From an uncultured bacterium (GTDB lineage Bacteria; Babelota; Babeliae; Babelales; Vermiphilaceae): a stretch of 64,000 nucleotides of DNA. Location: assembly GCA_963701085.1 (NCBI GenBank), contig OY969561.1, forward strand, positions 736,001-800,000, written 5' to 3'. How positions within the stretch are numbered: the stretch's first letter is position 1; each line of letters opens with the position of its first letter. The position numbers were made by a program, and so were the translations under genes. The notes beneath the pieces are model-generated. The model was not told where the DNA came from. It worked only from the letters and a program-made list of their open reading frames with translations, and searched no databases. Shown here piece after piece: positions 42,130 to 50,834 of this stretch.

Positions 42130-43119
42130 ATGAACAAAATAATTCTCTTCGCATCTCTTGCCACCACATTTATTCACGGCATGGAAACAGTTTCTTTACT
42201 CGGAATGACAAAAACTTCTTTGAATATGGTCTATAATGGAACAAAAATTAATCTCTCAAAAAAACCTTGGGAAGATGCGGTAGATACAAAAGTTCTCATG
42301 GTTATTGGCAATCAACAACAAAATATGTTGCAAGAAAGACATAATGGTCTTAATACCATAGGACACGCTTATTTTTCATATGGTACCGTATGTTATATTC
42401 GCAAAAGAAAAATGGCAGATGAAAGCGCTTCTGATGATGATACATATATAGAAGAAGCTCTTTCATTTAAATCATATCGTCAAATCGATAAACAAACATG
42501 GAGAGAGCACTATAAAGAGAAAAAAATCTACATGAAAATTGAAGAACCGTGCATTAGTAATTCTACCAGAGAAAAAATAATCAGTTTTTGCCAACCTGAT
42601 TCAGATTCAATGCAAACAATCACCATACCCGCTCAACTCATGAATACTTTTGTATACAATGTTCACAGAGCAGTACCTGACAGAGACGATGCGTATTATG
42701 ATTTGGTTTTTCAAGGTGATGAAGCAATTCAAGAAGCTTCAAAGGATTTAATTTTATGTTATAACAACGCTTTAACTGAAGGATTAAAATACTTCCAATC
42801 TGAAGCAAAAAAAAATAGAAGCCTAACTTTTCCAACGCTTGGTGCTGATACCGGCTTTCCACGAGATAAAGCCGCACCAATTGCCATAGCAACAGTTTTT
42901 GAATTTATCCAAGAACATCCAGATGAATATGAAAGTATTACTTTTTTTGTCAAAAAACGATCTGATTTTGCGTTGTATAAAAAATTGTTAATGGAATACT
43001 ACAAGCCAATACAAACAATATGTCTTTTATATTTTGCACATAAAAATAATGAAACCATTATATCTCTTCTGCCATTCAATGTGATAAACCACATAACTTG
43101 GTTAATGCATAATTCATAA
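42130..43119 (+). CDS. Degenerate macrodomain + F-box-like protein (copy 3)
   Basis: G-ME signal; SLTFPTLGADTGFPRDKAAPIAI; ISLLPFNVINHI. Confidence 0.78.
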   Translation: MNKIILFASLATTFIHGMETVSLLGMTKTSLNMVYNGTKINLSKKPWEDAVDTKVLMVIGNQQQNMLQERHNGLNTIGHAYFSYGTVCYIRKRKMADESASDDDTYIEEALSFKSYRQIDKQTWREHYKEKKIYMKIEEPCISNSTREKIISFCQPDSDSMQTITIPAQLMNTFVYNVHRAVPDRDDAYYDLVFQGDEAIQEASKDLILCYNNALTEGLKYFQSEAKKNRSLTFPTLGADTGFPRDKAAPIAIATVFEFIQEHPDEYESITFFVKKRSDFALYKKLLMEYYKPIQTICLLYFAHKNNETIISLLPFNVINHITWLMHNS

Positions 43120-43242
43120 TATTCAACTCAAAAAAGATAAATTCCCAACTTGGACTGTTGGGGTATTTATCTTTTAATTCTTAAATAACAAAAATTATGT
43201 GCTATACTAAAATTAATAAATTTACTCAGAGGGGCACATATC

Positions 43243-44205
43243 ATGAACAAAATAATTCTCTTCGCATCTCTTGCCACCACATTTATTCACGGCATGGAAA
43301 CAGTTTCTTTACTCGGAATGACAAAAACTTCTTTGAATATGGTCTATAATGGAACAAAAATTAATCTCTCAAAAGAACCTTGGGAAGATGCGGTAGATAC
43401 AAAAGTTCTCATTGTTATCGGCAATCAACAACAAAATATGTTGCAAGAAAGACATAATGGTCTTAATACCATAGGACACGCTTATTGGTCATATGGTACC
43501 GTATGTTATATTCGCAAAAGAAAAATGGCAGATGAAAGTGCCTCTGATGATGATACATATAAACCATATCGTAAAATTGATAAACAAACATGGAGAGAGC
43601 ACTATAAAGAGAAAAAAGTCTACATAAAAATTGAAGAGCCATGCATTAGTAATTCTACCAGAGAAAAAAGCATCAGTTTTTGTTCACCTGATTCAGATTC
43701 AATGGAAACAATCACCATACCCGCTCAACTCATGAATACTTTTGTATACAATGTTCACAGAGCAGTACCTGACAGAGACGATGCGTATTATGATTTAGTT
43801 TTTCAAGGCGATGAAGCAATTCTAGAAGCTGCAAATGATTTAGTTTTATGTTATGACAACGCTTTAACTGAAGGATTAAAATACTTCCAATTTGAAACAA
43901 AAAAAAATAAAAACATAGCTTTTCCAACGCTCGGTGCTGATACCGGCTTTCCACGAGATAAAGCCGCTCCAATTGCCATAGCAACAGTTTTTGAATTTCT
44001 CCAAGCATTTCCAGATAAATATGAAAGTATTACTTTTTTCGTCAAAAAACGATCTGATTTTGCGTTGTATAAAAAATTGTTAATGGAATACTACAAGCCA
44101 ATACAAACAATATGTCTTTTATATTTTGCACATAAAAATAGTGAAGGCATTATATCTCTTCTGCCATTCGATGTGATAAACCACATAACTTGGTTAATGT
44201 TATAA
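43243..44205 (+). CDS. Degenerate macrodomain + F-box-like protein (copy 4, near-identical to copy 3)
   Basis: Long identical nucleotide stretches with 42130-43119; lacks the 21-bp IEEALSF segment. Confidence 0.78.
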   Translation: MNKIILFASLATTFIHGMETVSLLGMTKTSLNMVYNGTKINLSKEPWEDAVDTKVLIVIGNQQQNMLQERHNGLNTIGHAYWSYGTVCYIRKRKMADESASDDDTYKPYRKIDKQTWREHYKEKKVYIKIEEPCISNSTREKSISFCSPDSDSMETITIPAQLMNTFVYNVHRAVPDRDDAYYDLVFQGDEAILEAANDLVLCYDNALTEGLKYFQFETKKNKNIAFPTLGADTGFPRDKAAPIAIATVFEFLQAFPDKYESITFFVKKRSDFALYKKLLMEYYKPIQTICLLYFAHKNSEGIISLLPFDVINHITWLML

Positions 44206-44335
44206 TGCATAATATTCAACTCAAAAAAGATAAATTCCCAACTTGGACTGTTGAGGTATTTATCTTTTAATTCTTAAATAACAAAAATTATGTGCTATAC
44301 TAAAATTAATAAATTTACTCAGAGGGGCACATATC

Positions 44336-45325
44336 ATGAACAAAATAATTCTCTTCGCATCTCTTGCCACCACATTTACTCACAGCATGGAAACAGTTTC
44401 TTTACTCGGAATGACAAAAACTTCTTTAAATATGATCTATAATGGAACAAAAATTAATCTCTTAAAAGAACCTTTATCAAGCGCAGCAAACAAAGCCAAG
44501 ATCACCTTTGTTGGTGACAAACAGCAAGAATTGTTATCTGGACAATTTGACACTTCCTCTTACACTGTAGGAACAATATGGAATGCTTGTGATAATCTTC
44601 TAGACTCCAGCACACGACACTTTGGTGAGTCTATTTCCTTATATGAAAAAAATAAGGATGATGATAGCGCTTCTGATGATGATACTTACAAATCATATCC
44701 TTATAATCCTGACAATAAAAAAGAAGCACTATGGAAAAGTACATATAAAAAAACAGCAAGCTTTATAAAAAATGTTGTAGAACCATGCATCAATCAATCA
44801 GCAGAAGGCTTTATATATTATTCATGTCGACGCGATCCAAATTACCATTGGAGTAACAACAAAATCTTGCTAACATTTACAGGTGATGAAGCAATTGAAG
44901 AAGCTTCAAAAGATTTAGACTTGTGTTATAGAGAAATTTTAAGAATAGGAGCTGGATATTATATATCAAGATCAGAATCTAAAATTTGGTATACCAGACC
45001 ACAAACAAAGCAGAACACAACTATAGCAATTCCACCTCTGAGCGTTGATGTTGGTTTCCCACGAGATAAAGCTGCACCCATTGCTATAGCAGCTATTTTT
45101 AATTTTCTTTAAGATTACACTGAAGGATATGATACTATAAATCTTGTCGTCCAAAAACGATCTGACTTTGCGTTGTATAAAAAATTGTTAATGAAACACT
45201 ACAAGCCAATACAAGCAATATGTCTTTTATATTGTGCAAACAAACATAAAAACAATGAACATATCATATCTCTTCTACCATTCGATGTGATAAGCTACAT
45301 AACTTGGTTAATGTATAATGCATAA
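44336..45325 (+). pseudogene. Degenerate macrodomain + F-box-like protein (copy 5) with an internal TAA
   Basis: TAA at 45110-45112 aligns with CAA (Gln) in copies 3/4; homologous frame continues (VQKRSDFALYKK..LLPFDVISYITWLM) to 45325. Confidence 0.8.
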
Positions 45326-45379
45326 TATTCAATTCAAATAAACTTAATCCCCAACGATCCAAGTTGGGGATGTATCTTA

Positions 45380-45632
45380 GAACCTATTCCTAAACTAATT
45401 TTTATCCCCGCGCTCGTTTAACCTCATCTTCATTCTTTCGATGGGGACCCCGATTGGAACGAAGTGGAAATTGGGGGATAAAGGATATCCTCGAGCGCTC
45501 GAAGAAAACCCTTCAAGCCGTCCTTCGCCGAGGCTTCGGAGGCCAGGCGGGTGTTTACTGCTGAGCAACGTCGAAGCATCAGGGCGAGCGCGGGAAGGAA
45601 ATTTAATATTTTTCGACTTTAGAGATAGGCTC
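45380..45632. mobile_element. MITE with IS5-like TIRs and TTA target duplication
   Basis: TTA|GAACCTATTCCTAAA ... TTTAGAGATAGGCTC|TTA (12/15 TIR match); absent from paralogous spacers near 43180 and 44272. Confidence 0.85.
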
Positions 45633-45694
45633 TTAAATAACAAAAATTATGTGCTATACTAGAACTAACAAATTTACTCAGAGGGGCACATACC
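45633..45694 (+). promoter_or_regulatory. Extended -10 promoter and RBS of trhO, also copied upstream of array copies 4 and 5
   Basis: TGTGCTATACT and AGAGGGG; near-identical blocks at 43181-43242 and 44274-44335. Confidence 0.7.
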
Positions 45695-46612
45695 ATGAAC
45701 AAAATACTCCTTTTTTATAAATACGTTGCCATTGAATACCCAAAACAGATTATGAAATGGCAACAACAAATATGCCAAGAACGAGCACTCCTGGGCAGAA
45801 TTCTGATTAGCCACGAAGGTATCAATGGCACCTTGGGCGGATCGGCACAAAACCTTGATGAATACATGCGCCTCATGTTAGCCCATGAACTGTTCGGTGA
45901 AATAGATTTTAAAGAAAGCACTGGCGGCCCTGAATGCTTCCCTCGCCTTTCCGTTAAAGTACGCAATGAGGCGGTATCGCTGGGCATTCCTTATGACCAA
46001 CTCACTCCACGCACGGGCGGCCAACACCTTACTCCAGAAGAAACACACGCAACTTCTTACCGATAAACCTGAAGATCTTATAATTTTAGACGCACGTAAC
46101 AATTATGAGTGGGAAATTGGGCGTTTTGAAAATGCACTACTGCCTGATATTCAAAACTTTAGAGATTTGCCACACTATCTTGATGAAAATCTTGATCAAT
46201 TTAAAGACAAACAAGTACTCATGTATTGCACGGGTGGCATCCGTTGTGAACGCGCAACAGCATATCTTAATGAAAAAAATGTTGCCAAAAAAGTATATCA
46301 AATAAAGGGCGGCATTGTTCGTTATGCAGAACAGTATCCTGATGGCTTTTTCCGTGGCAAAAATTATGTTTTTGATGCACGCATTGCAGTAAAAATAAAC
46401 AATGACATTCTTGGTTCTTGCACCCTTTGCACACAACCATGTGATGATTACCACAACTGCCTCAATGCTTCATGCAATAAACATTTTATTGCTGCGCTGA
46501 CTGCATCAATACCTACAATAAAACCTGCAGTCAAAACTGTAAAATGTTGATTCAAGAAAATAAAACTCACCTACGACCCGAATTTAATAAAACCTGCTCA
46601 TTACCTCAGTAA
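45695..46612 (+). pseudogene. trhO: tRNA U34 hydroxylase TrhO (YceA, rhodanese-related), two frameshifts
   Basis: LLFYKY, GRILISHEGINGT, ILDARNNYEWEIGRF, MYCTGGIRCE, GKNYVFD; frame breaks near 46049 and 46492 (may be sequencing errors). Confidence 0.8.
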
Positions 46613-46618
46613 AACATT

Positions 46619-47602
46619 ATGCATAAAGAACCATCTAGCGAAACAAATACTATAAACAGTCTATTGATCCAAACAAATGTTCCGCTTGCGGACAAAAATT
46701 GGTTTGGCACGGGTGGTTCTGCACGTTTTTATTGCGAACCAACAACCGCGCAACAGTTCCAAGAAGCTATTATCTATGCCGACACCCATAAACTTGAAAT
46801 TTTTATTTTGGGACAAGGCGCCAATATTCTCATCAGTGATGATGGCTTTGATGGTCTCGTTATTCGTCCATTTTTGATGGATATAACAACAATCTCCACC
46901 CATGACGGCGTTGCACTTGTTAAAGCTGGCGCTGGCGTAACCATGCCAAATTTAATTGATTATTGCCTCAACAACACTATGATTGGTCTTGAAGAGTTTA
47001 GTGGCATACCGGGCACCGTTGGTGGTTCTGTGTATATTAATTTGCACTACTTTGAATTTTTACTCGCCAACTTCCTTGTTTCTGCGGAAATTTTACACAA
47101 AAAAAATGGCTCCCTGGAAACAGTGGATGCCGCTTGGTTTAATTTTGGTTATAACGATTCAGAGCTCCATAAAAAAGATTATTTTTTGGTGAACGCAACG
47201 TTCAAACTAAAAACCGCAACCGACGAACAAACCGCCTTTGCCAAAGGTCGCAAAACAGAAATTATTCGTCATCGTGCACATCGCTATCCGCAAGTACGCA
47301 CCTGCGGTAGTTTTTTTAGAAACTTTTTTTCTCATGAAGTTACGCTAGAAATTGAAAACAAAAAAATAATTTTTGTCGCGTATTATCTTGATAAGATTGG
47401 TATTAAAGGAACGTTACGAAAGGGCAATGCAATTGTTTCTCCGCAGCATGCTAATATGATTGTTAATATTGGCAATGCAACAAGCACTGATATCATCACC
47501 CTTGCCCATGAAATGCAAAGATTGGTACTTGATACATTTAACATTGTGCCGCAACCGGAATGTCAGCTGATTGGGTTTAAAAAATACCCACTACTACAAT
47601 AA
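46619..47602 (+). CDS. murB: UDP-N-acetylmuramate dehydrogenase
   Basis: GTGGSA, LGQGANIL, GLEEFSGIPGTVGG, CGSFFRN, HANMIVN. Confidence 0.95.
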   Translation: MHKEPSSETNTINSLLIQTNVPLADKNWFGTGGSARFYCEPTTAQQFQEAIIYADTHKLEIFILGQGANILISDDGFDGLVIRPFLMDITTISTHDGVALVKAGAGVTMPNLIDYCLNNTMIGLEEFSGIPGTVGGSVYINLHYFEFLLANFLVSAEILHKKNGSLETVDAAWFNFGYNDSELHKKDYFLVNATFKLKTATDEQTAFAKGRKTEIIRHRAHRYPQVRTCGSFFRNFFSHEVTLEIENKKIIFVAYYLDKIGIKGTLRKGNAIVSPQHANMIVNIGNATSTDIITLAHEMQRLVLDTFNIVPQPECQLIGFKKYPLLQ

Positions 47603-47609
47603 ACTTTTA

Positions 47610-48152
47610 TCAAAGCGGTAATTTTTTCTCAATCCAATAACGCGCAAAAAGTCCGATCGCAACAAAAATATCTCTATCCTCAGCAGAAACCGGCCTACCT
47701 GTCTCATTTATTTTAGCTTGCTCAAGCTGCTTACCAAATTCGTATGTTACGCGCGCAATAAAATTAAGATCGCCTGGGCGTTGGCTGCATTTTTCAAGCA
47801 GCATATTAATGCAATAAATACAGTCATCTGATGAAAGCAATTTCAACATATGTTGAATGTTTTTCACAGGACGATCAAAAAAAGAATAGGAAGATGGAAT
47901 ACATACTTTTATGACAAATTCATCATATCCAAATACTTTTGCGCCAATTTCTACTGTGTGAGTTTTTCTTCCCCACCACAATTCTGATCTATTTTTAAAA
48001 ATATACTTTTCAAAACGTTTATAATGCTGATGATAAGCCTCTGTGGTTACCCTTATCTTTTTTATATCTTCTCTTACCCAAGCGTAAGAACTCATAACCT
48101 GCAAACCAACGAGCAAACTCATTATAAATCTATTAATAGAAAACTGAGACAT
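47610..48152 (-). CDS. Exported hypothetical protein
   Basis: GGAG RBS, signal-like N-terminus MSQFSINRFIMSLLVGLQVMSSYA. Confidence 0.65.
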   Translation of the reverse strand: MSQFSINRFIMSLLVGLQVMSSYAWVREDIKKIRVTTEAYHQHYKRFEKYIFKNRSELWWGRKTHTVEIGAKVFGYDEFVIKVCIPSSYSFFDRPVKNIQHMLKLLSSDDCIYCINMLLEKCSQRPGDLNFIARVTYEFGKQLEQAKINETGRPVSAEDRDIFVAIGLFARYWIEKKLPL

Positions 48153-48180
48153 ATAAACTCCCAAAAAACAGTTCACACCA

Positions 48181-49290
48181 TTACTTAACCCTAAAATCTT
48201 CTTCCAAGTAATGCCTAAACGTAAAATTACACAGTGTGACAAACATATATTCTTCTCTTTTTATTTTTCCTTTTTTTACAAACTCATCCATTTTTATCGG
48301 CTCTTTTTTTAAAAGATCTCTATCCTCATCCGTAACATTTATTTTGTCAACTGCGTGTCCGTATAAAAATTCTGCCAACTCACTTTGGTTAATCGTTTTT
48401 GCATTGGCCAATATACTGCTTTTAAACGCTTTTTCCAACTCTTGCATATAATCAACACCATCTTCAAGACGAGCAAAAACTTCCTCTATTGCATTGTGAT
48501 CAGTAAAAAATTCAAAAGGGATGCTATCGTATGCGTACCCACTAACTCTGAACGTTGCAGCCCATTTCCCAACAGTTTTTGCTAAACCAATATCATACGC
48601 AACAGTTTCAGTAACATACTTTTTGATAACCGGTGCATCACGCCTCAATTTTTCTGCCGTAATATCTAATAAATAAGCATGATGCTTATGATGATCATCA
48701 GTACTTTTTGTGAGTTTTAGTTCTTCTTTTTCAATAGATGCATCATTGTCATGATCAAAGTATTTTGCAAGATAATAATATAAATGTTTATGGGCATGTT
48801 CAGACTTAGTCGGGCTAACAACATTATGATTATTCTGAGACGTTGTAGTAATAACATAATCATTGTTTATTGCTTGGCACACAACTCTTCTCTCACAATC
48901 AAGCGTAATAAAACTGCCATCAGTAATTTTTTTAGTCGCTTCACGTACACCAACAATTACCGGAATACGGAACTTTTGCCCCAAGGATAACGCATAGTTA
49001 TCATTAATACCTTTTTCCGTAATAATTCCCGCAGATAAATGCAATCCACAGCCCCATGATTCATGTATATAAGGCGCAACAACAATATCTCCCTCACGCA
49101 GCTTCCTTAGATGCTTATACTCCGTGACAATAGATACTCTTCCGGTGACATTATCACCATAACTAAACTTGCCAACTGCCACTATTTTTTTATATTCAGG
49201 CTCCATTGCAGACAAGAATAGTATAGACAAGCATAAAAAACAGATTACAATACCAATAAGTCGAATAGATGATATCTTTTTTATAAACAT
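48181..49290 (-). CDS. Exported protein with a PEP-utiliser swivelling-domain-like region
   Basis: A-ME signal; VTGRV..GDIVVA..GIITEKG..IPVIVG..IT.G..ITLD pattern. Confidence 0.75.
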   Translation of the reverse strand: MFIKKISSIRLIGIVICFLCLSILFLSAMEPEYKKIVAVGKFSYGDNVTGRVSIVTEYKHLRKLREGDIVVAPYIHESWGCGLHLSAGIITEKGINDNYALSLGQKFRIPVIVGVREATKKITDGSFITLDCERRVVCQAINNDYVITTTSQNNHNVVSPTKSEHAHKHLYYYLAKYFDHDNDASIEKEELKLTKSTDDHHKHHAYLLDITAEKLRRDAPVIKKYVTETVAYDIGLAKTVGKWAATFRVSGYAYDSIPFEFFTDHNAIEEVFARLEDGVDYMQELEKAFKSSILANAKTINQSELAEFLYGHAVDKINVTDEDRDLLKKEPIKMDEFVKKGKIKREEYMFVTLCNFTFRHYLEEDFRVK

Positions 49291-49419
49291 AACAATCTCC
49301 CCGTAAATCCCGAGCTTGTTAAAACGGTTTATTTTTTTTAATTTTATTAATTACGATATACTATTAATTATTTATACTATAACATAAAAATAAAAAACTA
49401 GAAAATTGTACTTTTAATT

Positions 49420-50091
49420 ATGAATGAATTAATTTTTATCTTCCACACCGTCATTATCGCAACTTTTGCCCTTGGCGCTCTCGCCTTGGGCCGCTCCGCT
49501 CTTGTTGCCTTTGTCTGCACCCAGTGCATACTCGCCAACCTTTTTGTGGTAAAACAGATCACCCTTTTTGGTCTTACCGCCACCTGCGCCGATGCTTTTA
49601 CCGTAGGAGCAACAATTGGCCTTAATCTATTGCAAGAATATTTTGGCAAAGAAATCGCCAAAAAAACGATCTGGATTAATTTCTTTTTACTTATTTTTTA
49701 CGCAATCGTATCACAAATACATCTTATTTATATCCCCCACAGTGCTGATATCATGCATCTGCACTTTATGCCACTGCTTAATCTTATGCCTCGCATTGTG
49801 ATAGCTTCATTTTCCGTCTATCTTATCTCCCAAATGGCAGATTTCTACCTTTATGGCTTTTTAAAAAAAACCTTTCAAGACCGCTATATCATCGTACGCA
49901 ACTATGCTTCTATTGCATTCTGCCAGCTACTCGATACTATATTATTTAGTTTTTTGGGCCTTTATGGCATTATCGATAACATTTGGGAAGTTATCACCAT
50001 TAGCTACCTCATCAAGTTGGCTAGCATTATCATTGCCACCCCATTTGTTGGCTTTTCCCGCCGGGTATATACAATAACAAATTCAAACTAA
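49420..50091 (+). CDS. yhhQ: Queuosine-precursor transporter (YhhQ/Vut_1 family)
   Basis: ANLFVVK, EYFGK..A, RIVIAS..YLISQ..D, RN..S...QLLDT..F; near tgt. Confidence 0.88.
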   Translation: MNELIFIFHTVIIATFALGALALGRSALVAFVCTQCILANLFVVKQITLFGLTATCADAFTVGATIGLNLLQEYFGKEIAKKTIWINFFLLIFYAIVSQIHLIYIPHSADIMHLHFMPLLNLMPRIVIASFSVYLISQMADFYLYGFLKKTFQDRYIIVRNYASIAFCQLLDTILFSFLGLYGIIDNIWEVITISYLIKLASIIIATPFVGFSRRVYTITNSN

Positions 50092-50113
50092 TTTAAAGGA
50101 AAAAACAACCGAT

Positions 50114-50761
50114 ATGAAAACAAAAAAACTCACGGCTATTTTTATGGCAATAACAGCAATCAACAACACTAATCTCTGTATGGAAACACAAGAAAAAGAT
50201 CTTAAACAGCTTATTGTCATGAGAGTAGATCATGCTTATAAAGATTTAAAAAATATTTTACAAAAAAATATTATCGACAATTATAGTGCTATTCATCCTG
50301 CTCTACAACATGAAATGCTTAAAACCTGCATAGACAACAATAATATGAAAGGCTTAGAAATATGCCTTAAGCATAATTTTAACCCAAATCGCTATCATAA
50401 AGGCCTCAGTTTATTACATTGTGCTATAGAACGGAATAACCCAGCAGCACTATGGTTTCTCGCAGATGCCAATCCTGATCTAATCCCACGTAACGATGTA
50501 GGAGAAACTCCTTTAGATTATGCAGTAAGGTTAAAATTTCATAACTGTATTGATGCAATGTCCCGTATAATCGCAATAAAACGAGATGAACTCTTCCAAC
50601 ACAGGAAACATTGCGGACTGACAAAACACATTTTACGACCAGAACAACCTTGTTCAAAGTGCATAAGTGCATTAACCAATCAATTACAATGGCATGGTAT
50701 ACAACCTTACAGCAACAGTTCCGATAGCTCAAGCCATGCCAGCCTAGGTTCTCATTCGTAA
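50114..50761 (+). CDS. Exported ankyrin-repeat protein
   Basis: C-ME signal; GLSLLHCA, GETPLDYA. Confidence 0.85.
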   Translation: MKTKKLTAIFMAITAINNTNLCMETQEKDLKQLIVMRVDHAYKDLKNILQKNIIDNYSAIHPALQHEMLKTCIDNNNMKGLEICLKHNFNPNRYHKGLSLLHCAIERNNPAALWFLADANPDLIPRNDVGETPLDYAVRLKFHNCIDAMSRIIAIKRDELFQHRKHCGLTKHILRPEQPCSKCISALTNQLQWHGIQPYSNSSDSSSHASLGSHS

Positions 50762-50834
50762 CCTTGTTTGTTTTCTGATATACTAATAAGGCAGTAAATA
50801 ATCCTTAAACGCTCCAAAGGAGCGCAAAAATCTT

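Noticed and set aside
42130-44335. Diversity-generating retroelement template/variable pair
   Set aside because: No reverse transcriptase in the window, both copies are full genes, and differences do not appear adenine-specific
45110-45112. Stop-codon reassignment or readthrough of TAA
   Set aside because: TAA terminates many normal genes in the window; a single C-to-T change explains it
45395-45662. Two short ORFs in the MITE (also 26031-26369)
   Set aside because: Translations of palindromic repeat DNA with no transposase motifs
46040-46500. Programmed frameshifting in trhO
   Set aside because: No slippery heptamer or stimulatory structure recognised at either break, and two independent shifts would be needed
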